From Octopus vulgaris (taxonomy: Eukaryota): DNA of 64,000 nt. This document shows positions 1 to 12,126 of the stretch, in pieces. Within the stretch, counting starts at the first letter, position 1. The number at the start of each line of letters is the position of its first letter. The notes under the pieces are model-generated. The model did not search any database. It worked only from the letters and a program-made list of their open reading frames with translations, and was not told the DNA's origin. The position numbers and the translations under genes were made by a program. The DNA lies in contig OX597822.1 in NCBI GenBank assembly GCA_951406725.2, positions 12,586,001 to 12,650,000 on the forward strand, in the 5' to 3' direction.

Positions 1-443
1 GTACAGAATTCCTTTTATTACATTCTACACATGTTTCAAAGGCCACAATTTCCCAAATTCTGATTAAATAAGGATACCATATTGCAGCTTTCTCTTCAGG
101 AAAAACCAGGAATTACGTGGACAGAACAAAACAAAACAGAGGCGCAGCAAAGCAATTCGAACGAGGACGCTCCTTAAGAGCCCATGGTTAAACTGTTTAT
201 CAATGTACTTTGATAAACAGTTTAACCATGGGCTCTTAAGGAGCGTCCTCGTTCGAATTGCTTTGCTGCGCCTCTGTTTTGTTTTGTTCTGTCCACGTAA
301 TTCCTGCTTTTTCCTGAAGAGAAAGCTGCAATATGGTATCCTTATTTAATCAGAATTTAGAAAATTGTGGCATTTGAAACATGTGTAGAATGTAATAAAA
401 GGAATTCTGTACAATCTTCGTTCAACTCCATTTCTTCCATTCA

Positions 444-445
<2 letters not shown>
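1..445. mobile_element. Fold-back Penelope-like element terminus (near-perfect palindrome 1-412, centre 206/207), followed by a (TA)n tract
   Basis: Position i pairs with 413-i with few mismatches. The arm resembles the inverted termini of the GIY-YIG PLE at 28148-30403 (ctgaagagaaagctgca, aatcttcgttca.ctccatt). Probably extends left of the window. Confidence 0.75.
311..390 (+). ncRNA. Minimal type-I hammerhead ribozyme motif (mirror copy on the minus strand at 23-102)
   Basis: ttc-CTGAAGA-long stem II-GAAA-c atgt g-TA-gaa. Stem I is ttc/gaa; stem III is very short. Confidence 0.65.
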
Positions 446-504
<59 letters not shown>

Positions 505-1375
505 TTAAGGGTTTAAAATTTAGAAATAGCAGTCAAAACAGCCAGTTCTTTTAACTGCAGGTTTCTTGCAGCTTCTCGAAGCTACTTGATGAAATTTGTT
601 AATTATTAAATAAATAACTTTTTACTCTATATCTAATATACATATATATATATACGTGTAGTATATGGGTGTGTGTTTTTCTCCCTTTGAATACACAAAT
701 ATATGCATACAAATGTGTTCCTCTCCTCCGATATAAAACCTGAAGTTCTCCTTGGTTACTGGTCATCTCGCTTCCGTCTATTACGAGGAACTAAAGGCAG
801 TGACTCATCAGAGAGTGACAATCGTGTTGCGCAAGTGTTTATTACTATATTCCAATGATGGTCTCCTCATTTCTCATCCCATCTCCTCAAAGTCCCATGG
901 CAATGTAAGTGGGCTGCATGTGCAGGCCACAACTGTAGGAAGCGCATCGTAAGTTACACCCTTCCTCTGTTACCTCTGCTTCAAGCTACGGAGATCTGCA
1001 ACGAAGCCGTGTTGTCATCACAGGGATCATGGATGGGAAGTCAAAAGTGGCATTGACTACGCGGAAGCACAAGGAGAGGGAAATCTTGTGTGAAGATTTA
1101 CCAATCACGATGCATACCATGTACATATGAATACATGTATGAACGTATATGTGCTTGTGTGCTTGTTTGTGTGTGTGTGTGTGTGTGTATGTGTGTGTGT
1201 ATGTGTTGCGTGTGTGTGTGTGTGTGCGCGCGTTTGAGTGTGTGTGTATACATACATATATTTAGTTGGAATTTACAAAAAAAAAGAAAAAAGAAACAAA
1301 CAAAACAAAAGACGAAGGCAAGTGTGTTAACAAGATACAGATGTATTAGTTTAACGCTCGGGAAGGTGAGAATGT

Positions 1376-1411
1376 CTTTTACGTTTCGAGCCTACGCTCT
1401 TCAACAGAAAG
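1376..1411 (-). ncRNA. Hammerhead-like motif with U6 core variant, in a PLE-type tail (~1260-1490)
   Basis: Minus strand: cttt-CTGTTGA-a-gagc gtag gctc-GAAA-cg-TA-aaag. Same family at ~8583-8617 (+), ~22672-22707 (-) and 50363-50398 (-). Confidence 0.55.
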
Positions 1412-1559
1412 GAACGCGGAAATAAATAGGGAGAGAAAATAAAAAAGCTTTAGTGGATAGCGATCTATCATGGCAAATGCTGGACCATACATATGTATAC
1501 ACATATGCACACATGTATGTATGTATGTATGTATGTATGTATGTATGTATGTACATGAG

Positions 1560-2240
1560 CAGTGATTGTACTTAATGGTTAAAGGAGCAGAGAGGACGGT
1601 AGTTTGTCAAAACGGTGTCCCATGTGATATATTTTCAAGGAAACTGAAGGTGGAGAAGCAAGCGGTGTCCTCAAATGAATTTATTGAATGGTGGGTGAAA
1701 GTTGCGGAAATGGCAAGAGTGGTTAGTACCTATGAGTCGGAGAAAAGGAGTTGGAGAGGGCACTTGACCGACCGGGCTGTTTAGGGAAATCTTGGAGAGT
1801 GGGGGTACCTCCATTATCCCTAGAGGTCATCTTGTATCAGGAGGATTACACCTCAATCATTCCCCACATTTTCTTGTATATTATGAATATTATTGTTGTT
1901 GTTGATGTTATTGTTTTAGTAGTAGTAGTAGTAGTTGTAGTTGTTGTCATCATCGTTGTCGTCGTCATCGTCCTCCTTCTCTTCCTCCTCCTCATCATCA
2001 TTATCATCTTCATCAAAACTCTCATGTTCTTAATATTTTACCGTGTGTTCTTTATATTTTTGATCGCTTTAATTTTTGACTTTATTCATTCTTTCTGAGT
2101 TTTGAATCGGTTATTTTCTATTGTCTTTTTTTTTGCTGTTTTTGTTTTGTTTCTTGATAATCTTTTTCATCCGTAAACCTCTTGAGTCCCGCTCTCATGC
2201 GGTCATTCCCATCAGTGACCTTGGGATGAAGTAGAATCAC
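1560..2240 (+). mobile_element. Probable 3' end of an L1/Tx1-type LINE (C-terminal coding remnant plus 3' UTR with simple repeats)
   Basis: Translation RKLKVEKQAVSSNEFIEWWVKVAEMARV resembles L1/Tx1 ORF2 C-termini (F..W motif). Recognised by pattern only. Confidence 0.35.
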
Positions 2241-3259
2241 GCAAACGCACATAACAAAAGAAATAAACAACATTTAAAAAATAAAACAACATTAAGAAAA
2301 TGAATTATGTTGAAAGCGAAACTTTTTAAAGAACGAAAGGATCCGTGAAATATGTGAGTGAGTGGATCAGTGCAAAACTGAAAATGTTTTGAAGAACTAA
2401 GGAAAAATTCAAGAGATACAACAATAAAGGAAAACACAATCTTTTGATGAGTGCAAAACTGGATTTGAATGGATGCCGAAAGACTAAAAGACAGAATGAA
2501 AACACGAAGAACAGAAAATTGAGAACGACGACTGTAACAGGGGGGGGGGGGGGTAAGAGGGGGAGAATTATTAGATAAACGAAACCGACGCCAACGATTA
2601 AAGGAAGAGCAGAGAGAGTTGTTATAACAAAGCTAACGCTAAATCGAACGTTTACAAACATGAAGGGAAATAAATAAAAGAGAATAGTAAAGAAAATTAG
2701 TTAACAACGACAAAAATAGTAAATAATGTTATATAATGTTATGCCTAAATGATCCTCCGTCGGTCTTGACGGTGAGCTTCCAGGTTTCCCTCAAGTTTAC
2801 ATGAAATATAAACTGCTGCGTATCACATTGAAACGTGCGCCTTGAAGGTAATATTCCTACAGATCCAGCATGACCTCAATGAGGAACAAAACTATACTTT
2901 TGAATTATGAGTACAGTCTAACCAACAAGCTTCCGCATAGTTTCCTTTCTCCGCGTATTTAATCTCACTCTCAAGGCTTAGCTTGGCTCAGAGCCATGTT
3001 TAATTCACTAGCCGAAGGTGGAAACTGGGAGTGCGAACCTAGTACATTTACGATTGCGCAGGCAATGTGGACAAATAACCATGCCTAGATTCAAACTTTA
3101 CTAGTAATATAAATATTAACACAGCTACTAGTAGACATTTCCCAATTGTAACACCATCTTCTACGAATTGCAGGAAAAGTCCAACCTATACTCAAAAAAT
3201 AAATAAATAAATAAATATAAAAATATTATGTCGGAAAATAAGACGGTGCGGGAATCGTT

Positions 3260-3462
3260 TATACTGGAGGCACAGGGGCGCAAATTTGTGGGACTAGTCG
3301 ATTAGATCGATCCCAGTACACAACTGGTATTTAATTTATCAACGCCGAACGGAATAAATGCAAAGTCGACCTTGGTTGAATTTGAACCTAGAATGTAGCG
3401 ATGAGCGAAATACCACTAAGCATTTCGTCCAGCGTGCTAACGATTCAGCCAGGTCATCGCCT
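3260..3462 (-). mobile_element. tRNA-derived SINE, family B
   Basis: Minus strand ggcgatgacctggctgaatcgttagcacgc...ggttcaaattc (A/B-box-like), then gtcgactttgc...gataaattaaataccag. Matches copies at 38255 and 49325. Confidence 0.7.
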
Positions 3463-3752
3463 CAAGACGGTGCAATAACGGTTTGTACGTCAGTAAGCAT
3501 AAATCAACTCAACGTGGGCTGACCTGGGGTTAAACATTAGCATCAATAAAATTAAATCACCGGAAGTGATTTAATGAAATAGGCTTGGCTTGTTTTCTCA
3601 TGGTTGCGTGGTTAAAAAAAGACCTATTGGTTACCATGTAGACTCCGGTTCAATCCCAGTGTCCGACACCTTGGGCTAGACTGTTCTACGCATATATCCG
3701 ATCAATGCAATGTGAGTCAATGTGATAAAGGGACACTACATGAAAGCCTGTC

Positions 3753-3817
<65 letters not shown>

Positions 3818-3944
3818 AATCACGTGACTGACCAGACCATCAGATGTTGCTACACATCGCTGGTCACAATGCGTTCGCATTGTTTTAGCCTTCGAATGAC
3901 GCCACCCCGCTGGCTAAGCGAGCAGGCCATATATATATATATAT

Positions 3945-4015
<71 letters not shown>

Positions 4016-4535
4016 TAATGATTACTTTGAAGAGTTATACCACTCTCACTCTCTCTTTGTCTAAACCTATTAGCGTATCTGGTTACTGTAATTTTTTTTT
4101 ATTTTTACTTCTTGATTACTTATCCATTTTATTGCACCCCACCAAGAATTATTATTTTAATTTTAGTCATTTACTCAACGTCCCAAACCGACACACAATC
4201 AAAATCGTTTGATTTAAATATATTAAGCTTTTCATTTTCCTCTTTAGGCCCTTCTTCATTTCTTCTCTTTTCTTTTCTTTTATATATTTTTCTTCAGTTT
4301 GATGAAGCTCCATGTTTCCAGATCGGATGTACTCCCAAATATAATGAATATTATTTTTAGGATTTTCAATGCCAATACCATATAGCACTGGAAGCAGAAA
4401 CAGCTGTTAGATGGGTTGCCGTCCATTTGTATAAAATTAAAAAATAATAATTCATGTAAGTCAATTCTTGTTGATCAATATTTCTCCACTTCCTATCTGT
4501 CTATCTAATTATCTATCTATCCATCTATCTATTTA

Positions 4536-4613
<78 letters not shown>

Positions 4614-4615
<2 letters not shown>

Positions 4616-4836
4616 GGAGTAAACACATAAATGTGAAACAAGGTGGAAAAAAGAGTACTCAAATACCAGTGGTAGAGTAATATGCTTTATTTAGAGCAGC
4701 AGAAAATTCAACAAAACCTGTTACTCTGAGTTTCACGTTCCCGTTCGTCGGACAGTTTTCGCAAAACTGTCCGACGAACGGGAACGTGAAAATCAGAGTA
4801 ACAGGTTTTGTTGAATTCTCTCCTGCTTTAAATAAA

Positions 4837-4840
<4 letters not shown>
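4614..4840. mobile_element. PLE-type tail with fold-back 4685-4837 (centre 4761) between (TA)n tracts
   Basis: Symmetric arms read directly. The same tail (ccggagtaaacacataaatgtgaaacaagg...) recurs at 14261 with a shorter hairpin. Confidence 0.75.
4718..4755 (-). ncRNA. Hammerhead-like motif with C4 core variant (mirror copy + 4767-4804)
   Basis: ctgt-CCGACGA-acg ggaa cgt-GAAA-ctc a gag-TA-acag. Stems I, II and III all pair. Confidence 0.6.
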
Positions 4841-4890
<50 letters not shown>

Positions 4891-5617
4891 TTACATACAT
4901 GCACACACACACACACACACATACACGCACTCATACACAAATGCCTATTTGTATGTGTTTGTTTCTGTTCCTTCCACCTCTTGATGTCCACATAACATAG
5001 CGGTCCGGTCTAAGAGACTAAAAATGCTTCGAGGCAATGCTCTAGCATGGCCGCAAGGAAATAAGTAAAAGATAATCCACATCGTATACACAACTTCATT
5101 TAATCTTCAACTCAGTGATCAAACTCTGAATTTTTTGGAGACAAAACCAGAAGAGATTATGTTTATTTCATTTATGATTGATCTTATCGATCCCTGTATT
5201 TATGCCTGTGTTCTACTAAATTTATCGATCGATATTTATCGAGTTGTTAAGTTATGTTCTCAACACAGGTTTTATACGCTATTATACGAAACCAATAAAC
5301 ACAGACACAATGATAGTCCTTAATTTGTAAACAATAGAGGAATGAAAAACGGAAAGCATGAACAAATCAATCGATTTAACCGCTTTGTTAATTTTTAATG
5401 GTTTTCACCTGGAGAAGCACGACTGGATGTTTGTGTCCCTGCCTTTGGCGTCTCGCCAGCACCATTCACAGTATCGATACGGTTGAGTTGCTGATGCAGT
5501 GATGCTTGCTGGGATAATTGTTAGTGTTGCTTAGCTCTAAGTTTTGATTGATACAGGACACTGGTACAAATGTTTCGGTTGTCATCATATCAGGCGGAGA
5601 TGTTGCTATGTAAGCAC

Positions 5618-6085
5618 AGGCGTGGCTGTGTGGTAGGGAGTTTGCTTCCTAACTACATGATTTTGGGTTCGGTCTCACTGTGAGGCAACTTGGGTAAATA
5701 GCTTCTACTATAACCTTAGGTCAACCAAATCCTTCTTAATGGATTTTGGTAAACGGAAACTGCAAAAAGCCCCGTCGTATGAATATATACAAATATATAT
5801 GTATGCATGTGTGTGTGTGTGTGTGCGTGCATGTGTGTGTTTGTGTGTGTGCGTGTATGTGTGTGTGTGCATGTGTGCGTACGCGTGTTTGTTCCCCTCC
5901 ATTCCTGGACAACCGGTGTTCTGGTATGTATACGTTTCCGTAACTTAACGGTTCAGAAAATGAGAACTATAGAATAAGTACCAGGCTTTAAAAACATAGT
6001 ACTGGGGTCGATTGTTCGACTAAAATTTTTCAAGGAGCTGCCCCAGCATGACCGCAATCTAAATGACTGGAAGAAGTTAGAGATT
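5618..6085 (+). mobile_element. tRNA-derived SINE, family A, with internal (TA)/(TG) microsatellite and LINE-derived 3' tail
   Basis: Head ggcgtggctgtgtggtag...gggttcggtctcactg; body ggtaaacggaaactg; tail cagcatgaccgcaatctaaatgactg. Matches many copies in the window. Confidence 0.75.
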
Positions 6086-6500
6086 AATCATATTTCATAA
6101 TATGTAGCTGAAATTAGATTTCCTTATTTGTTCTTATTGATACGCGAGGGGAAAATTTGCCCTGAATCACAGTATTTAATGGCATATATGACGCACGTGT
6201 GTATGAAAAGCATCCCAGTTTCAGGGAAAAGAGTTTGTATTGACTCAAAGCCAGTGACATTAGCTTATGAAGGGCCCAACATCGCACATAGAACCCAAAA
6301 TGAATTTTTGAGATATTTTTCGAGAAAGAGTACATCTCATATGCTATGAAATCTTTTAACTACGTAGACTCGCAAAAGAACAACATTTTGAAAGTCTTAA
6401 AATATGATTTGAGAGATTACTACTTCGAGAAGATGAGGCAGCGACGTAAATACACTTTTGTTCGTGGAACTTGACTTAAAGCCATTTCTAATCATCTCTC

Positions 6501-6890
6501 AGATTGTTTTCCTAACAGGACTGCCATGTTATGTTGGCAAACAATCTTTACTCCAAAGTACTGTGGCCGAATATCTCTCCTTGTGAGATTTAAAAATAGT
6601 AGTTTGCTAAATTATAGATCAGGAACTATATATTTCGAACGGGAATTAGGCCGCGCCACCTCTAACCGAACAATTATTCTGTGCTGATGAAGGGAAATAA
6701 CTCGGAAATCGTGATACACAGATATTGTTTGAGATGAGAAGTGGTGCTAGATTCCCTTGTTCAAAAATATAAGGGCTCAGATCGTGTCGTATAACCAGCT
6801 GGAGACGATGTCACTTGGGGCTAAATTACAGAAACATTCAACCTAAACCAAGGCCACCATGTTATGTTGGCAAACAATCTTTACTCAAAA
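6501..6890 (+). mobile_element. Retrozyme-like / non-autonomous PLE unit, 333 bp period
   Basis: ccatgttatgttggcaaacaatctttactc occurs at 6524 and 6857. A short inverted copy lies at 6501-6517. Contains a hammerhead and no ORF. Confidence 0.55.
6679..6721 (+). ncRNA. Type-I hammerhead ribozyme with canonical core
   Basis: ctgtg-CTGATGA-agggaaataactcg-GAAA-tc gt ga-TA-cacag. Stem I is ctgtg/cacag; stem II is weak. Confidence 0.7.
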
Positions 6891-7607
6891 TTTATCCTCG
6901 TTTATCATAGGCGTTAAATAAAATAGTACTAGAAGAATAACAAAACATACGTTTTACTCCAAGACCGCAAGTGTTCTTGGGCGACCATTTAAAGTCCAAA
7001 CAAAACCTTTAACTTTTCATTGACTTGTGTTACTACAGAACAATTCGTAATAATCGAAACACGGTACACAATGAGCCTACCGTGTTGACTCGGACCAGTT
7101 GTTATGCATAATCTTTTAAATCCGTAAAAGTGTTTCTGACTTAGAATTCCTTCGAACATGAGGCGGCAACTCGACAGCGAAGAACAGTCAACTTTATACT
7201 AAAATGGTACCTTATTTTATCGACTAAGGATAAAAGTCAATGCTATCCGCCGACGGATATGAACTCAGAATGAAACGTTTCCGGAACGAATACCGAAAGC
7301 CAAATCGCCACATGTAATTCTATGTATGTACTTATGTATGTATGTATGTATGTATGTATGTATATATGTATTCACGTATGCAAACGTGTGTTATGTATGC
7401 GGCGTTATATTATTCAGTGCGTGTATATATATATATGTATAAAATATACATTTACATATATATAAATAATTGTATACACATACGTATATACGTATATATA
7501 CACGTACATGTATATATATACGCACATACTAATAAAAATTTACACACATAGGTATATACATGTGGACGTATATATACATTCATACATGCATACAAACATA
7601 TATACAT

Positions 7608-7681
<74 letters not shown>

Positions 7682-8128
7682 ATGTCTGTGTGTGCATAAA
7701 TTTACATAAATATGTTAGAATAGAATAGGTCATCCATTCTCATGTTTCCATTGTTGTTCAGCTTTACGTGTGTCTCTGCACCATTATGAAATTGTGAAAA
7801 CACTGGCTTAAATACAAGTGCTGTTGTATAGATTCCTCACCATTATCTGCTAAATCCTTTCTTTAAATCTGACAGACTTGTATAATAAATTTCTTTTGTG
7901 CCACTGCACCGAATGCTTGCGCCTTTAGAGGCAGCTTCTGTGAGTTCACGAAAGCAATGACTGGTACCCTGGCGGAAATATTTTACTGCAACCCTGGGCC
8001 GACCGACACATTGTGTATGAATTTCGTAGAGAGAAACGGTGCAGAAAAGGTCAACCTAGTGGTTAAGGTGCTGTACTCGTTCCAAGACCGGGTGGTGCAT
8101 TGCGTTCTTGAACAAAACACTTCATAAT

Positions 8129-8345
8129 AAAGATTGTTTGCTAACATAACATGAAAGTCCTGGTTTGGGACTAATGTTGCTGTAATTTAGCCCCAGGAGA
8201 TATCGTCACGATGTCTCCTGGGGCTAAATTACAGCAACATTAGTCCTAAACCAGGACTGCCATACTATGTTGGCAAACAATCCTTACTACAAAGTACTGT
8301 TGCTGAATATCTCTCGTTGTGAGATTTAGAAATAGTAATTTTCTA
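8129..8345. mobile_element. Fold-back copy (hairpin 8129-8285, centre ~8207) of the 6501-6890 family
   Basis: Arms ggactaatgttgctgtaatttagccccaggaga / tctcctggggctaaattacagcaacattagtcc. The right arm matches 6804-6880, then 6524-6610. Confidence 0.7.
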
Positions 8346-8706
8346 AAATACTTCATCTCAAGTTGGTCCGCGGTCACTTCGACACCTGACACGTGGTACA
8401 CCGTGAACCAGTTCAGGTAATGTCGATATGGAGGGAGTAAGCTAATGTGCAGCATGAACATTTGATCAGTATAAACAGATCATTTGTGAAGGTCATTTGG
8501 AAAAAGATGAACGCTCATTCGTCGTCTTCGACGAGAGAGTCCCGCTGGCCACTACACATTCTTTATTTTCTCTCCTTGTTTATTTCTGGGGAAGAGCGTA
8601 GGCTCCAAACGTTAAAGAATTTTTCACTTCCCGAGCCTTATACTAATCCATGTTTATTATCTACACCACCTGTCTTCGTCATTTGCTTTTTTGTGAATCC
8701 TCCCTA

Positions 8707-8784
<78 letters not shown>

Positions 8785-8819
8785 TGTGGGTGTCTGTGTG
8801 TGTGTATATATGTATAAGT

Positions 8820-8863
<44 letters not shown>

Positions 8864-8886
8864 ATATATATATATATATATGTATG

Positions 8887-8936
<50 letters not shown>

Positions 8937-9090
8937 AAGAATTCACAACAACCTCGAATCCACAAGTGTAAACAAGAGAGACAGAGAAAGGCAGAAACAA
9001 GGAAAATGCCACTTATATTTGAACACTATACAAATATTCTTTTAAAAAACTTTTCTTTTAATTTTTCTAAATTTAATTATTTAATCGTTA

Positions 9091-9127
9091 CAGTTGAAGA
9101 GGTCTCAAATGACTGAAACTGGTACTG
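9091..9127 (+). ncRNA. Hammerhead motif, U3 variant, in a PLE-type tail (~8960-9180)
   Basis: cag-TTGAAGA-ggtc tcaaat gact-GAAA-ctgg-TA-ctg. Sister copies at 22147-22182 (-), 22377-22412 (+) and 27706-27741 (+) read TTGAAAA. Confidence 0.6.
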
Positions 9128-9188
9128 AAATGCTCTTTATAAAATTATTTTAGCACTTTCTATCTTGACTTGTTTTTTCATATATATA

Positions 9189-9481
9189 TTACATAGCAAG
9201 TGATTTGATCTGAGATCGTGTGCTGGAACGAAAACAGTTGCAGCGTGGAAGGTGTTTGTAAGCCATTTAAGAAACACACAAAAGCCGTTCGATTCACTTC
9301 AACATTTAAATTTAATTTGTCAAAATATTTTCGTCGCTATAAGACCGCGACCTGTTCACTGACAAAAATCCGTGCTGCATCTCTCAATATTTTGACAAAT
9401 TAAACTTCAATGTTGAAGTGAATCGAACGGCTTTTGTGTGTTTCTTAAAAGGCTTACAAACACCTTCCACGCTGCAATTGT

Positions 9482-9482
<1 letters not shown>
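9189..9482. mobile_element. Fold-back PLE-type terminus (arms 9233-9329 and 9386-9482)
   Basis: ~97 bp inverted arms flanked by (TA)n. A diverged relative lies at ~16580-16770. Confidence 0.7.
9317..9365 (-). ncRNA. Type-I hammerhead with swapped G3-C8 core pair
   Basis: ttgtca-GTGAACA-g-gtcgc ggtcttata gcgac-GAAA-atat-TT-tgacaa. Stem I is 6 bp, stem II is 5 bp, and the stem III loop is palindromic. Confidence 0.65.
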
Positions 9483-9515
<33 letters not shown>

Positions 9516-11886
9516 CATATATGTGTGTGTATTAGTCACCGTAAAGTAGCGGTTCCGATAGTTGAAGTACTAGGCAATAAAATTAATACTGGGGCCGTAT
9601 TTTTTGACTAAACCTTTTAATGGTGCAGCATAATTACAGCCCAATGATGGAATTGAGTGAAAGGTATTGAGAAAAACAATATGTTAGCTTTCTTAAACGA
9701 AATGATATAATATGCCTTGGGAGGTGTCACGACTGGATTTCTTTTAATCATAAGCTTGCTGGATTATGGTTTATCTAGAGCGAATACCGACGATACCAGC
9801 CAACATTAACAACGGTATCAAAGACAACAATCTCTCGTGTCTCAAGCTCTTCTTATACCAAAACATGTGAGACAAACACTACTACAGAAGCATTCTCTAA
9901 CTCAGGACAACAACGGATTTTAAAGGTTACTGCTTAATCTACTGAAAATAAAAGCCAAAATCACACTTCAAAATAAGATTTGAGCATCTTTAAAAACTGA
10001 AAATTGAAGATACATTGGGAAATCTTGTTTGAAATAAAACGTCTGAAGAAAATATTGTAATAGCGGCCATGTTGAGAATTCTTTTGATCAAAGGTCTGTC
10101 GATCAAAGCTGACCTGGACTTAAACAACAACCCCAATAACAACTGCAACAAACACCAAAGGTACCTCACAGTATTATTGTTCTTCTAATGTCCCCCACCC
10201 TACAAATCTCGTTCGTCTCTTTGTTTATTTTATTGTTTCTTTCTTCATTTGCATTCGTCCTCCTCCCCTTCCCCCTACCGAATTTATTCTGGTTTTAATT
10301 TCTGTCTAATCCTTTCTTCTTCACTTCCTTCCTATCGTTCTTTTCTTCCTTCTTCCTTTCTACTCTTTCTTTAAAATCTCTTCCCTCTTTTTCACTTTCC
10401 TTTTCAATTGATTGATTAATTGATTAATAACAACACGTTGTCTTCCTTTTCTTCTCGTTTCATTTTGCTGTTGTTGTTGTTCTTCTTCTTCTTCTTGATG
10501 AAGAAATCAAGCAAAATGAAAGATCATACGTATGCACTCACACGTAAACAGACACACGCGTACGCATGCACAGAAGCACACAAGCACAAACGCAATCACA
10601 TTGTGTATGTATATATATGTGTGTGCACGTGTATGCGTGTGTGTTTATACACACATTTTTAACACAGTTATCCATATATGTATGTATGTATGTATGTATG
10701 TATATATACATGTGTGTGTATATATATATACATACATATATAGGCATATATATATGTATGTATGTATATATATAGATATCAATATATTTTATATATATCA
10801 TATATATATTTTATATATATCATATTATATATATATTTACATATAGGTGCATATGTGAGTGTGTGTATATATATACACGTATATGTGTGTGTATGCATAT
10901 ATGTATGCGTACCAACAAATATGGATGAGAGTGGGAGGTAGAAATTTGTAGAATAGAAGTAATTCAGGATTACAGCTATATTGAAAATATGTCGACCGTT
11001 GAGATTCATCGAAATTCATTTCTTAAAGCAAAAATTTGATCGTTTGACAGGGAAGAGAATACATGATCATCTCCCTTTGTTTAATATTTATTTCTTTATA
11101 TTTTGAAGCACCAGCGCTGACATGATTAAATGGATTTTGTATAATGTTACAATGATTAAAAGCAGTTCAAAGCGACAACGCTGACAGGCAAATCATCTCC
11201 GTTGCAAACGGTTTCCAATATCCAACTAAAATATTAAGCAATGCTCTTCAAAATGCCTAAATAGCGAAATGTTCATTTATAAAAACTCAATTATCAATGG
11301 CAGCCCGCTTTCATGTTATGTACTTTTTCCGTTACAATGAATTTCATTCATAAAAACTTAAATGTTACTGGTCCGTCCTCGCATTGTGTAATCCTTCCGC
11401 CATTTTTGTCATTATGAAGCGGTTATATTAGACATTCCAAATCTGAGTTTAATTGTACCATTTAAGACACATTACATTTTCGATGTCTATGTCGGTGCCT
11501 GGACATTCTATGCCACTACCCATCCCCACTCAATTTGAGAAATTACTTTGATTTCTAAATCATATTAATATCCTCTGAGGGTTAGGAAATCTATCACATC
11601 TGAAAAGACTAACGATTATGGATTAAATATCATATTCTCTCACAGGATTATCTTTTAGTTGCACCTTCTAAGTGACTGGACACTTCTTTTAGCTTCTTCT
11701 GGTGGGGATCCGAGGAAATATATATATATCTATACTTATATATATATTTATTTATTATTTTGCACATTACTTAATCATCGTTATATGTTTTATTTTATAT
11801 TTAATCTTTCTATAATAGGTAATTTTCTAGATGGTATAATTTAATTTTTCATTATTGAATTGATTAAAGGTGGTTTTGTTTCTAAT

Positions 11887-12103
<217 letters not shown>

Positions 12104-12126
12104 GTATGTGCATGTGTGTGTGTAGG

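Noticed and set aside
752-1090. Moderately GC-rich segment with a 66 aa ORF
   Set aside because: No recognisable motif. It is probably an old TE fragment and cannot be assigned.
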